Of a DNA stretch of 64,000 bases, positions 30,053 to 40,095 are shown piece after piece. Source of the DNA: an uncultured Gemmatimonadaceae bacterium (GTDB lineage: Bacteria; Gemmatimonadota; Gemmatimonadetes; Gemmatimonadales; Gemmatimonadaceae). The stretch covers positions 480,001 through 544,000 of the forward strand of contig CAWGJO010000020.1 in NCBI GenBank assembly GCA_963822945.1. Reading direction: 5' to 3'. A program made the translations under genes and the position numbers. The notes beneath the pieces are model-generated. The model had not been told where the DNA came from. It did not search any database and saw only the letters and a list, made by a program, of their open reading frames with translations. Numbering within the stretch: position 1 is the stretch's first letter; every line of letters begins with the position of its first letter.

Positions 30053-31906
30053 ATGGCAACCACTGCTGCCGCTCCTCCCTACGTCTCGACACAGGAACCG
30101 TCCAACACGGGGATCTGGAGCTGGCTCACCACCGTTGACCACAAGCGCATCGGGGCTCTCTACCTCGTCACTGCGCTCTGCTTCTTCCTCATCGGCGGCC
30201 TCGAAGCCGAGATCATCCGCGCCCAGCTGGCGCATCCGAACGGCACGCTGGTGTCGGCCGATACGTACAACCAGCTGTTCACGATGCACGGCACGACGAT
30301 GATCTTCCTGGCGATCATGCCGCTGTCGGCCGCGTTCTTCAACTTTCTGATCCCCCTGCAGATCGGCGCCCGCGACGTTGCCTTCCCGCGCCTCAACGCC
30401 TTCAGCTACTGGGTGTTCCTGTTCGGCGGGTTGTTCATCAACTTCTCGTGGCTCCTGGGCGCAGCCCCCGACGGCGGATGGTTCGGCTACGCGCCGCTCA
30501 CCACGATGCAGTTCAACCCGGGCCTCAACATCGACTTCTGGGTGCTCGGCATTCAGATCCTCGGCGTCAGTTCGCTGGCCGCGGCGTTCAACTTCATCAC
30601 CACGATCATCAACATGCGGGCTCCCGGCATGCAGCTCATGCGCATGCCGATGTTCACGTGGATGGCGTTCATCGTGCAGTTCCTGCTCGTGCTCGCCTTC
30701 CCCGTGATCACCATCGCCCTGGTCTTCCTGCAGTTCGACCGGTTCTTCGGCACGCAGTTCTACGAGCTGGCCGCCGGCGCCGACCCCCTGCTCTGGCAGC
30801 ACCTGTTCTGGATCTTCGGGCATCCCGAGGTCTACATCCTCATCCTGCCGGCCTTCGGCCTCGTGTCCGAAGTGCTCCCCACCTTCTCCGGCAAGCCGCT
30901 GTTCGGGTATCCGGTGATGGTGTACTCCGGCATGCTCATCGCCTTCCTCGGCTTCGGCGTGTGGGCCCACCACATGTTCGCCGTCGGCATGGGCCCCATC
31001 GCCGACTCGGTGTTCGGCGTGACCACGCTGCTCATCGGCATCCCCACCGGCGTGAAGATCTTCAACTGGATCTTCACCATGTGGGGCGGCAACGTGCGGT
31101 TCACGGTGGCCTGCAAGTTCGCCATCGCGCTCATCGCGCTGTTCACCATCGGCGGCATCTCGGGCGTCATGCACGCCTCGCCGCCCGCCGACCTGCAGCA
31201 GACCGACAGCTACTTCGTCGTCGCCCACTTCCACTACGTGCTGTTCGGCGGGTCGATGATGGGCATCTTCGCCGGCATCTACTACTACTTCCCGAAGATC
31301 ACCGGGCGCTTGATGAGCGAGAAGCTCGGCAACTGGCACTTCTGGCTCACCTTCATCGGCATGAACCTGACGTTCTTCCCGATGCACTTCTCGGGCCTCG
31401 CCGGCATGCCGCGCCGCATCTACCGCTACGACGCCGGCCAGGGCTTCGACGTCTACAACCTGATCTCCTCCTACGGCGCCTACCTGCTGGGCTTCGCCAC
31501 GCTGATCTTCGTCTGGAACCTGCTTCGCAGCCGCAAGAAGGGCGCGATTGCCGGCCACAACCCGTGGAACGCCCCGTCCCTCGAGTGGTCGATCCCGTCG
31601 CCGCCGCCCGACTACAACTTCGCGCAGATCCCCACCGTGACCTCGCGATACCCGCTCTGGGACCACAAGGGCAAGGTGGTGGAGTTCCACGAAGGCGAGA
31701 AGATCAAGACGGCCAGGGAACTCGGCATCCCGATGCCGTTCCCCACCATCAAGCCGCTGTTCACCGCGCTGTTCCTCACCCTCATGTTCTCGGGACTGCT
31801 CTTCATCCACAAGAACAACTGGCCGATGGCGTACACGTTCATGTTCGGCGGCGCCGCCGGCATGGTCATCTCGCTCTACAGCTGGTTGCTCAGCCCGCTG
31901 GAATAG
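30053..31906 (+). CDS. coxA: Cytochrome c oxidase subunit I (A1 type)
   Basis: DHKRIG, MHGTTM, WIFGHPEVY, WAHHM, AHFHY, GMPRR. Confidence 0.98.
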   Translation: MATTAAAPPYVSTQEPSNTGIWSWLTTVDHKRIGALYLVTALCFFLIGGLEAEIIRAQLAHPNGTLVSADTYNQLFTMHGTTMIFLAIMPLSAAFFNFLIPLQIGARDVAFPRLNAFSYWVFLFGGLFINFSWLLGAAPDGGWFGYAPLTTMQFNPGLNIDFWVLGIQILGVSSLAAAFNFITTIINMRAPGMQLMRMPMFTWMAFIVQFLLVLAFPVITIALVFLQFDRFFGTQFYELAAGADPLLWQHLFWIFGHPEVYILILPAFGLVSEVLPTFSGKPLFGYPVMVYSGMLIAFLGFGVWAHHMFAVGMGPIADSVFGVTTLLIGIPTGVKIFNWIFTMWGGNVRFTVACKFAIALIALFTIGGISGVMHASPPADLQQTDSYFVVAHFHYVLFGGSMMGIFAGIYYYFPKITGRLMSEKLGNWHFWLTFIGMNLTFFPMHFSGLAGMPRRIYRYDAGQGFDVYNLISSYGAYLLGFATLIFVWNLLRSRKKGAIAGHNPWNAPSLEWSIPSPPPDYNFAQIPTVTSRYPLWDHKGKVVEFHEGEKIKTARELGIPMPFPTIKPLFTALFLTLMFSGLLFIHKNNWPMAYTFMFGGAAGMVISLYSWLLSPLE

Positions 31907-31987
31907 TCGACGCGCGAGCGCGGCACCCCGGCCGCGCTTCGCTCCCCGATCCTCCGTTCGCCGCACAACGCATCCACGGTTTTCTCA

Positions 31988-32659
31988 ATGGCCAATCCAG
32001 CAGCAGCTCTCGAGCACCACGGGCACACGCCGACCACCACCGGCCTCGACCACCGCAAGGTGGCCATCTGGGCCTTCATCGGGTCGGAGTGCATGCTCTT
32101 CGCGTCGCTCATTTCCACGTACCTGATCTACAAGGGCCGCAGCGTGACGGGCCCATTCCCGCACCAGGTGTGCAGCCCGCCGGTGTGCGATACGGTCATG
32201 AAGCCGATCCTGAACATTCCCGTCACCTCGGCTTCGACGTTCGTGCTCCTCATCTCCTCGCTGGCCATGGTGCTCGCCCTGGCCGCCGTCGAGAACGCCG
32301 ATCAGCCCAAGCACACACTCGGCGAGAAGATCCTCGGCAACTCCAAGCTGTGGCTCTTCATGACGGCGCTGCTCGGCACCACCTTCCTGGGCTTCCAGGC
32401 GTACGAGTTCACCTCGTTCGTGCACGAAGGCCTGACCATCCGTACCAACCTGTTCGGATCGTCGTTCTTCACGCTCACCGGGTTCCACGGCGCCCACGTG
32501 ACCGCCGGCGTGCTCTGGCTGCTCACCCTGCTCGCCATCGACATCAAGCGCGGCCTCAAACCCAAGGACGCACTGATCGTGGACATCGCCGCGCTCTACT
32601 GGCACTTCGTGGACGTGGTCTGGATCGCGATCTTCACGCTCGTGTACCTCATCCATTAA
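31988..32659 (+). CDS. coxC: Cytochrome c oxidase subunit III
   Basis: FIGSECMLF, LTGFHGAHV, LYWHFVDVVW. Confidence 0.95.
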   Translation: MANPAAALEHHGHTPTTTGLDHRKVAIWAFIGSECMLFASLISTYLIYKGRSVTGPFPHQVCSPPVCDTVMKPILNIPVTSASTFVLLISSLAMVLALAAVENADQPKHTLGEKILGNSKLWLFMTALLGTTFLGFQAYEFTSFVHEGLTIRTNLFGSSFFTLTGFHGAHVTAGVLWLLTLLAIDIKRGLKPKDALIVDIAALYWHFVDVVWIAIFTLVYLIH

Positions 32660-32671
32660 CGAGACCACCCC

Positions 32672-33031
32672 ATGGCGCATTCGTCCTCGGCCGACGCTCA
32701 CGTCACCCATTCCGACCACGTCGCGTTGGGTGAGCTGAAGGAGCACCCGACCTGGTCCGTGTACTGGAAGGTCGCGGTCATCCTCACACTCATCACCGCC
32801 GCCGAAGTCTGGGTCTACTACATCCCGAGCTTCGTCGCGTCGCATCTCTTCGTGCCGACCCTCCTCGCGCTGTCGGCCCTCAAGTTCGCGATCGTCGTCC
32901 TGTTCTACATGCACCTGCGCTACGATCACAAGCTGTTCCGCGCGCTGTTCACCGGGCCGCTCATCATCGCGATGATCACCATCGTCTCACTCATGTTCCT
33001 GTTCGGCCACCTGGCCATCCACGCCGGGTGA
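32672..33031 (+). CDS. coxD: Cytochrome c oxidase subunit IV (CtaF/CyoD-like)
   Basis: 3 TM; KFAIVVLFYMHLRYD. Confidence 0.88.
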   Translation: MAHSSSADAHVTHSDHVALGELKEHPTWSVYWKVAVILTLITAAEVWVYYIPSFVASHLFVPTLLALSALKFAIVVLFYMHLRYDHKLFRALFTGPLIIAMITIVSLMFLFGHLAIHAG

Positions 33032-33074
33032 GCCGGCTCGGGCGGGAATCTCGCCGGGAAGTCCCCGGCATTTC

Positions 33075-33107
33075 ATCCGCGTGATCCGCTGAATCCGTAG
33101 CATCCGA
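33075..33107. repeat. Intergenic 9-mer tandem repeat (ATCCGnnnn x4)
   Basis: ATCCGCGTG ATCCGCTGA ATCCGTAGC ATCCGA. Confidence 0.7.
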
Positions 33108-33116
33108 TCCTGAACT

Positions 33117-33170
33117 CCGAGAGGCCCGCCCAGCGCGAAGTTCCTTGCGCCGGGCGGGCCTCTCGGTTTC
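33117..33170. terminator. GC-rich hairpin between convergent genes, probable terminator
   Basis: CCGAGAGGCCCGCCC / GGGCGGGCCTCTCGG 15-bp perfect outer stem followed by TTTC. Confidence 0.7.
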
Positions 33171-33199
33171 TGAAACCGGATCGGGTGGATTCGGCGGCG

Positions 33200-33691
33200 C
33201 TATTCCTTCCCCTCCAGCGCGTAGACGAGGCTCTCCGCCAGATGCGGGTGCGCCCGCCACATGTAGGCCCCCATGGTGAGCGCGGCAATGAGATTCCCCA
33301 CCGCCACGTCGTACCAGGCGAGCACCCCGAACACCGGCACGTCGCTGAACGCCGAGGTGAGCCCGTAAAATCCGGCCTCGAACATCACGAACAGAATGAG
33401 CGCGCCGGCCATCACCGTCGGCTGCCGATCCGCCCAGTTCGCCACCGCCGCCACCACGAGCCCGGCGACGATGAACGCCAGGTAGTGGAAGACCGTATAC
33501 CCGATCACGACCAGCAGATCGGTGTTCCCATTGGTCGTCTGGCCGAACAGGGTGAAGAACCCGCGGCCCAGCTCGATGGGCGTCTGGAACGGGTGCCGCA
33601 TCACGACGTCGATGATGAAGAACCAGGCCGCGACGCTGGTCGCCCCCAGGACGCCCGCGATGCTCCCTTCCCGTAGAATGCCGTTCCGCAT
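33200..33691 (-). CDS. Hypothetical 4-TM membrane protein
   Basis: Hydrophobic 163-aa ORF with an AAGGAGGT RBS. Confidence 0.8.
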   Translation of the reverse strand: MRNGILREGSIAGVLGATSVAAWFFIIDVVMRHPFQTPIELGRGFFTLFGQTTNGNTDLLVVIGYTVFHYLAFIVAGLVVAAVANWADRQPTVMAGALILFVMFEAGFYGLTSAFSDVPVFGVLAWYDVAVGNLIAALTMGAYMWRAHPHLAESLVYALEGKE

Positions 33692-33750
33692 CCGCCACCT
33701 CCTTGGATCGTTTCGGCACGAGCCGTCGCTCGCTATGTTAGTAGCCCCAG

Positions 33751-35022
33751 ATGCCGCCGGTCAGTTCCCCGCCGTCCCCGCCCCAGGCGCAGGCTGCGCC
33801 CCGATCCAGCACCGCTCCCCGCGAACGGCTGCTGTCACTCGACGTCTTCCGCGGCCTCACCATCGCCGGCATGCTGCTCGTCAACACGCCCGGCACCTGG
33901 AGCGCCATCTACCCGCCGCTGGAGCACGCCGCGTGGAACGGGTGGACACCCACCGATCTCATCTTCCCGTTCTTCCTGTTCATCGTCGGCATCACCACCG
34001 AGCTCTCCCTCTCGGCGCGCCGCGCCCGCGGCGACGACGAGGGCGCGATTCGGCGGCAGATCGTCCGGCGGGGCGCGCTGATCTTCCTCTTCGGATTCCT
34101 CCTCAACGGTGTCCCCTTCTTCACCTGGACGGCCATCCCGGGAAACCCCGATCCCACGTTCCTCCAACGGGTCGTGGACCGACTGTACGACTGGCGCCTT
34201 CTCGGCGTGTTGCAGCGCATCGGCATTGCGTACCTCGCCGCCGGGCTCATTGCCCGCCGCGCCTCGGTACGCCGCCTGGTGACGGTCGTCACCGTCATCC
34301 TGCTCGGGTACTGGATCGCGCTCACCGCCCTCCCCGTCCCCGGGACCCACGGAACCCTCGGCGCCCTGCTGTTCAACCGCCCCGACGCGACCATGGCGGC
34401 CTGGTGGGACCGGTTCCTGCTCGATTGGACCCGTTTCGGCCTCGGAAACCACATCTGGCCGAGCAGCGTGACATGGGACCCCGAGGGGTTCTTCTCCACG
34501 ATTCCTGCCGTCGCCACCTGTCTGATCGGCAACCTTGCGGGCCGTTGGATCGTCAAACAGGAGCGGCCGTTGCTCGAACGGGTGAGCGCGCTGTTCGCGG
34601 TCGGCGCGCTGGGCATGATGGTGGGCTTGATGTGGAATTGGGTGCTGCCCATCAACAAGAGCCTCTGGACCAGTTCGTACGTCGTGTTCACGGGCGGGGT
34701 GGCCGCGGTTTCCCTGGCCACCATCATCTGGGTGGTCGATGTACGGCACGTGAAGTGGTGGGTGCGGCCGTGGGTGGTGTACGGGCGGAACCCGCTGATT
34801 GCATATGTTGGCTCGTTCTTCATGGCTCGGATGATCTATTCCGTGCTTTCGGTGTCCTATCACGGCCGAGTCATGTCGCTTGAGGAAGCGATCTTCCGCG
34901 CGCTGTTCCTGCGGTGGGCATCGCCGGTCAATGCGTCGCTCGCGTTCGCCGTCGCGTTCGTGTTACTCTGGTACGGAATCCTGGTCGTGCTCGATCGGCG
35001 ACACATCATCCTCAAGGTCTGA
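33751..35022 (+). CDS. HGSNAT/NagX-like membrane acetyltransferase
   Basis: RLLSLDVFRG, LEHAAWNG, DLIFPFFLF, GVLQRIG, DPEG, PINKSLWTSSY. Confidence 0.9.
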   Translation: MPPVSSPPSPPQAQAAPRSSTAPRERLLSLDVFRGLTIAGMLLVNTPGTWSAIYPPLEHAAWNGWTPTDLIFPFFLFIVGITTELSLSARRARGDDEGAIRRQIVRRGALIFLFGFLLNGVPFFTWTAIPGNPDPTFLQRVVDRLYDWRLLGVLQRIGIAYLAAGLIARRASVRRLVTVVTVILLGYWIALTALPVPGTHGTLGALLFNRPDATMAAWWDRFLLDWTRFGLGNHIWPSSVTWDPEGFFSTIPAVATCLIGNLAGRWIVKQERPLLERVSALFAVGALGMMVGLMWNWVLPINKSLWTSSYVVFTGGVAAVSLATIIWVVDVRHVKWWVRPWVVYGRNPLIAYVGSFFMARMIYSVLSVSYHGRVMSLEEAIFRALFLRWASPVNASLAFAVAFVLLWYGILVVLDRRHIILKV

Positions 35023-35073
35023 CCGCCGGGCTCTGGTTCCGGTCGTCCTCATTCACCACGTCATCGGATCGTC

Positions 35074-36630
35074 ATGAAGCTTGCGGCTGCTGTTGTCTCG
35101 ATTCTCGGGGGAGTCACACTCGTCGCCGCCACACGCGGCGGCGCCGAATCGCCGTCCCATGCCGTATCGGGCGCCGCTTCCCGTGACGGAGGCGCCGCCA
35201 TCGCGACCATGGCGCCCACCCATGCCGTATCGGCCGCCCGAACCGCCGCCATGTCGAGCCGCGTGCGCTCGCTCGACCTGGACGTCAACTACGTGCTCAA
35301 CGCCAGGGTGCGCAGCGGCCATTGGGGGGCCATCGTCGTCTCCCTGACCCGCGGCGATACGCTGTTCACGCACCGGGCCGACGACCTCATGCAGCCCGCA
35401 TCGACGCTCAAGCTGTTCACCACCGGGTTGGCGCTCGACCGGTTCGGACCCAATTACCAGATCGGCACCGACGTGCTCCGCGACGGCGATCTGAAGCCCA
35501 ATGGAACGCTCGACGGGAACCTCTACCTGCGTGGTGGCGGCGATCCCGCCATGTCGATGCGATTCTTCGGCTCGGCCAACACGCCGATGGACAACCTGGC
35601 CCGCGCCATCGCCCTCACCGGGGTCAAGCACGTGACCGGCGATCTCGTCGCCGATGCCAGCGCCTTCGATGGCGAGCGGATTCCCGATGGCTGGAAGCGG
35701 CGCTACCTGTCGGCGGCCTACGCCGCGCCCGTCTCGGCGCTCTCCCTGAACGAGAACGTGCTCTGGGTGGCGGTCACCCCCGCCAGCGGCCACGCCGACA
35801 TCGCGCTCGAGCCGGCCACCACCGCATTCAGCATCACCAACAACGTCACCCTGCGCCCGGGGCGGCACGACGCGCGGATCGTGGTCTACCGCCGTCCGGA
35901 TGGGAATCTCGACGTGCGGGGCTGGATCGGCACCAAGACGCCCACCAAGCGCTACTCCGTGGTGGTCAACGACCCGCCCCGCTTCGCCGCCGGCGCGCTC
36001 CGCGCCGCCCTGGCAACGCTCGGCATCACGATCGACGGCTCGCTGCGGGAGGGAATCACCCCCGCCTCGGCGCAATCCGTCGCCTCGCTCGAATCGCCGC
36101 CGCTCGCGCAGATCGTCTCGGAGATGAATCGCGAGAGCATCAATCACGTCGCCGAACTGCTGTTCCGCGACGCATCCCGGGCCACGGCGCCCAACCACGT
36201 CGGGTCCGTGGCGGCCGGCGAGACCGCACTGCGCGACTTCCTGACCACCAAGGTGGACGTTCCGGCCGGCGATGTGCGCGTGGCCGACGGCAGCGGCCTC
36301 TCGGTGCGCGATTCCGTGACCCCGCGCGCGATGGTGCATCTGCTCTCATTCGCCCACCACGCGTCCTGGTCCTCCGCGTTCCACTCCTCGCTCCCCGTGG
36401 CCGGCGAATCGGAGCTGCTCAAGGGCCGCATGCGTCGCACCGCGGCCCAGGGCAACCTGCACGCCAAGACCGGCACCACGAACACGGTGGTGTCCCTGGC
36501 CGGGTACGTGACCGCCGAGGACGGCGAGATCCTCGCCTTCGCATTCATCTACAACGGCGCCGACCGCTGGAACGCCCGCGCCGCCATGGACAAGACCGGG
36601 GCACTGCTCGCGTCGTTCTCGCGGAACTGA
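35074..36630 (+). CDS. dacB: D-alanyl-D-alanine carboxypeptidase/endopeptidase (PBP4)
   Basis: PASTLK (SxxK), GGGDP, SIN (SxN), DGSGLS, AKTGT. Confidence 0.94.
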   Translation: MKLAAAVVSILGGVTLVAATRGGAESPSHAVSGAASRDGGAAIATMAPTHAVSAARTAAMSSRVRSLDLDVNYVLNARVRSGHWGAIVVSLTRGDTLFTHRADDLMQPASTLKLFTTGLALDRFGPNYQIGTDVLRDGDLKPNGTLDGNLYLRGGGDPAMSMRFFGSANTPMDNLARAIALTGVKHVTGDLVADASAFDGERIPDGWKRRYLSAAYAAPVSALSLNENVLWVAVTPASGHADIALEPATTAFSITNNVTLRPGRHDARIVVYRRPDGNLDVRGWIGTKTPTKRYSVVVNDPPRFAAGALRAALATLGITIDGSLREGITPASAQSVASLESPPLAQIVSEMNRESINHVAELLFRDASRATAPNHVGSVAAGETALRDFLTTKVDVPAGDVRVADGSGLSVRDSVTPRAMVHLLSFAHHASWSSAFHSSLPVAGESELLKGRMRRTAAQGNLHAKTGTTNTVVSLAGYVTAEDGEILAFAFIYNGADRWNARAAMDKTGALLASFSRN

Positions 36631-36633
36631 ACC

Positions 36634-36677
36634 GGGGGCCCGACCGGCGCAAAGACAACTGCGCCCGGCGGGCCCCC
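36634..36677. terminator. Hairpin between convergent genes
   Basis: GGGGGCCCG...GCGCA / TGCGC...CGGGCCCCC. Confidence 0.5.
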
Positions 36678-36711
36678 TCGAGACACCGGCCAGCGATCAC
36701 TGCCTACCGGG

Positions 36712-37866
36712 CTACCGCACGGTCTCCTTGATGTCGATGCCGCGCTTCCGCAGCTCGGCGATATAGGCCTCGGCCGGCATCGCTTCGTCCGGCGTGCGCA
36801 CGCCGAGCGCCGCAACCTGCCCGCGCGCCTGCATGAGCCCCGTGATCGACAGCGAGAAGCCGGTGGTCCGCTCCATGGCGCTGATCCCCGTGGACGAGTC
36901 GTAGCGATCGACGAGGTCCCACTCGAAGGTCTTCGGTTTGCCGCCCTTCTTCCCCGACACGATCACGCGCAACGCCACCAGGTCGGCGCTCTCAGGCTTC
37001 GTCAGGCGCGGACCCATGGCGGCCACCGCCACCGCGCGCGGCGACACCTGCATGCCATTCACCTCGATCGGCTCCTGTTCCAGCAGCCCGAGGTCGCGAA
37101 TCGCTTCCATGATCTTGGCGTGTCCCTGGTACCGGAGTGTCTTGTACTCCATCGTCGGCACCTTGCCCTCGTAGCGCGACGCCATGGTCGACAGCCCGCC
37201 CGCCGTGTGGAAGGCTTCGAGCGTTCCGATGGGGCTCGGGAAGTCGATCGCCTCGAGCTCGGACAGCGCCTTCACCTGCGTCCGCTTCCCATGCCGCAAT
37301 ACCCATGACAGCGTCGTGTAGTAGTCGAGCACGCCTTCCAGGGAATACACGATCTGGTAGTTGAGCGGTGCCTGCGGATGCTGCGGCAGCCCCCCAACGT
37401 AGATCTTCACCGCATCCACGCTGTCGAGCTGCCGGATGCCCAGCTCGGCCAGGATGTTCACCATGCCCGGCGCCAGTCCGCAGTCGGGCATCACGGAGAT
37501 CTTCTTCTTGGTGGCCTCGGCGTCCAACGTCTTCTGCTTGAACACGATCTCCGTGTTCCCGCCCAGGTCGGCGAAGTGGATGCCCGCTTCCACGGCGCAC
37601 TCGGCCATTTCGAAGTTGAAGTAGTAGGGAATGGCGCTCATCGCCGCGTCGCATCCCTTCATCGCCGCCAGCACCGCCGCCCGATCCCGCACGTCGAGTT
37701 GCAGAGGCTTGAGTTTCTTGTCCGCTCCCGGCGCCTTGGCCAGGAACTCCGGCAGGGGGTCGACGTGCAGATCGGCGATGCGCACCTCACTCACGTCGGG
37801 GTCCTTCAGCAAGTCGTACGCGCAGGCGGAGCCCTGAAGCCCCGCGCCCAGCACGAGCATTTTCAT
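36712..37866 (-). CDS. Saccharopine dehydrogenase / lysine 6-dehydrogenase family
   Basis: VLGAGLQG Rossmann motif, DLGGN, DCGLAPG, VGGLP, YKTLRY, AMERTTG. Confidence 0.9.
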   Translation of the reverse strand: MKMLVLGAGLQGSACAYDLLKDPDVSEVRIADLHVDPLPEFLAKAPGADKKLKPLQLDVRDRAAVLAAMKGCDAAMSAIPYYFNFEMAECAVEAGIHFADLGGNTEIVFKQKTLDAEATKKKISVMPDCGLAPGMVNILAELGIRQLDSVDAVKIYVGGLPQHPQAPLNYQIVYSLEGVLDYYTTLSWVLRHGKRTQVKALSELEAIDFPSPIGTLEAFHTAGGLSTMASRYEGKVPTMEYKTLRYQGHAKIMEAIRDLGLLEQEPIEVNGMQVSPRAVAVAAMGPRLTKPESADLVALRVIVSGKKGGKPKTFEWDLVDRYDSSTGISAMERTTGFSLSITGLMQARGQVAALGVRTPDEAMPAEAYIAELRKRGIDIKETVR

Positions 37867-37994
37867 TCGGATGTGCCTCCACGGTTCGATGCACGGAACT
37901 GTTGTATCATTCAAAGTTAACCGCCCGGAAGGGGCGGTGTCAGGCGTTTCCCAGGGGAATGGGGACCGCATATGTCTCTTTTCTGGACCGTACC

Positions 37995-38447
37995 ATGACG
38001 CAGACTCCCGCCAACTGGCAGACGCACCTCGTCGATGACGATGCCGGGCTCCGGCGGATCATCGAGCAGTCACGCCGCATCGCCGTGCTCGGCATCAAGA
38101 CCGCGGAATCCGGGCAGTCGGCCTACCTCATTCCCGAGGCCCTGCAGCGGTCGGGCTTCGAGATCGTTCCCGTACCGGTCTACTATCCCGAAGTGACCCA
38201 GATCCTGGGACAGCCGGTGTACCGCACGCTGGCGGCGATTCCGGGACCGGTGGACCTCGTGGACGTGTTCCGCCGCCCCAAGGACATTCCGCAACACGTG
38301 GACGACATCATCGCCAAGCGCCCCCGTGCCGTCTGGTTCCAACTCGGTATTCGCAACGACGAGGCCGCCGAGCGACTGGCACGCGAGGGCATCGACGTCG
38401 TGCAGGACCGCTGCCTGATGGTGGAGGCCCGACGCATCGGCCGCTGA
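37995..38447 (+). CDS. CoA-binding protein (YccU-like)
   Basis: RIAVLG, VDLVDVFR, VWFQLGI, VVQDRC. Confidence 0.9.
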   Translation: MTQTPANWQTHLVDDDAGLRRIIEQSRRIAVLGIKTAESGQSAYLIPEALQRSGFEIVPVPVYYPEVTQILGQPVYRTLAAIPGPVDLVDVFRRPKDIPQHVDDIIAKRPRAVWFQLGIRNDEAAERLAREGIDVVQDRCLMVEARRIGR

Positions 38448-38460
38448 GCACCCGCGCCCG

Positions 38461-40095
38461 CTACTTCACCTGGATGCGGGCCAGCAGCGACACGTCGGGA
38501 TCCGCCACGAGCGCCGTGGGCGCCGACCGGAGCCGGAGCGGGATGGTGGTCCTCGTTTCGGCCGTGGCGTCGAGGTCGATCGTCGCGACCTGCGTCTGAC
38601 CCTGCGCGTCCCGCAGCTCGAGGGTGAGCGGCATCCGGAAGTACCCGAACCGGTCGCCCTGCGAGACCGTCACGCGCACGGCATAGGCCGAGGCGTCGTA
38701 CGACCAGCTCACCGTGAGTTCCGGATACCCTGGACGCCGCAGCCACTGGTCGAAGAACCAGTGCAACGGGCGTCCCGAACTCCGCTCAAGTGCATCTCGC
38801 AGATCCGCCGATGTCGCGTTGCCGAATTCGTGCGCGTGGAAGTAGATCCGCAATCCGCGGAAGAAGTCGCTGTCGCCCAACTCGCGCCGCAGCATGTGCA
38901 GCACGAAGCCGCCCTTCTGGTAGCTGTTGGCGTCGAGCAGCGCCATGAGGTTGGTTTCGGTGGTATCGATCACCGGCCGCGTGGCCACGCGCTCGTCGCG
39001 GAGCACGCGCGCGCGGATGTCTCGCATCGTCTCGCGGAACACGCTGTCGCCGTGGGCGTGCTGGGCCCACAATGCCGAGAAGTAGGTGGCGAACCCCTCG
39101 GACAGCCAGAGTTCCGGCCAGTCGCGCTCGGTGACGGCATCCCCGAACCACTGGTGCGCCGTCTCGTGCGAGATCAGCCCATCGTTCATCGTGTGCCGGC
39201 GGAACGCCTCGTCCGAATAGAAGATCTCGGTGGCGTTCTCCATGCCGCCGAACCGCGTGGACGACTGCACGTGGGCGAGCCGCTCGAACGGGAAGGGCGC
39301 GATCAGCTGCGAGAAATAGGTGACGATGCCCGCAGCCGCGCTGAACGGACCCGGCATGTAGTTCGCCTGCGCGGGCGCCGTGTACACCACCTGCGGCACG
39401 CAGCGGGACACGCTGCCGTAACCGCACGCCGTTTCACCGAGCGGTGTCTCGACCAGCGGGGCCGCCGCGATCACCATCAGGTACGTCGAGATGGGGCGAA
39501 TCTCGTTCCACTCCGTGACCCGCCGCGGCACTCCCCCGGGACGGAGCGGGCGTACCGCCGACTGCCCGGTCCGCGTGCCGTTGCCGATCACCGTCTCCGA
39601 GGCCGGCGCGCTCACCCACCACGACACCGTCGCCTTGTCGCTCGGGTGGTCCACCGTGGGCAGCCAGTGCCGGGCACGGTTCGGCCAGTTGTCGCCGAAG
39701 TACGTCCACCGCCCCGCGCTGTCGCGCCGGATGATCAGCCCGTCGTTGGGGACGCCGTCGTACGACACCTCCACGCGCAGCGTATCGTGCATCCCGGACG
39801 GAAGCGGAACGAACAAGCGGTCGGTGGTGCGCCGGCCGATCGACGGCCGGCCGTTCACGCGCACACTGTCCACCTGCAGACCCACCAGATTCAGCGTCAG
39901 CGTGTCGGCCGGGCTGCGTCGCGCCACGGTCAGCGTCGCAATGCCGCTCACGTGCTTGCCGGTGTCGGGCAGGGTGATCGCGAACCGGTAGTGCAGGACG
40001 TCGAGCGCCGAGTCGGGCAACGTCACCTGGGCGCCCACGCGCGGCACCAGAAGCAGCGAGGCCATCGCGGCCATCCGCACGAGCTTCGGTGTCAT
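38461..40095 (-). CDS. Secreted M1 family aminopeptidase
   Basis: GGMEN, HETAHQWFG, WLSEGFATY, YQKG; signal peptide. Confidence 0.93.
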   Translation of the reverse strand: MTPKLVRMAAMASLLLVPRVGAQVTLPDSALDVLHYRFAITLPDTGKHVSGIATLTVARRSPADTLTLNLVGLQVDSVRVNGRPSIGRRTTDRLFVPLPSGMHDTLRVEVSYDGVPNDGLIIRRDSAGRWTYFGDNWPNRARHWLPTVDHPSDKATVSWWVSAPASETVIGNGTRTGQSAVRPLRPGGVPRRVTEWNEIRPISTYLMVIAAAPLVETPLGETACGYGSVSRCVPQVVYTAPAQANYMPGPFSAAAGIVTYFSQLIAPFPFERLAHVQSSTRFGGMENATEIFYSDEAFRRHTMNDGLISHETAHQWFGDAVTERDWPELWLSEGFATYFSALWAQHAHGDSVFRETMRDIRARVLRDERVATRPVIDTTETNLMALLDANSYQKGGFVLHMLRRELGDSDFFRGLRIYFHAHEFGNATSADLRDALERSSGRPLHWFFDQWLRRPGYPELTVSWSYDASAYAVRVTVSQGDRFGYFRMPLTLELRDAQGQTQVATIDLDATAETRTTIPLRLRSAPTALVADPDVSLLARIQVK

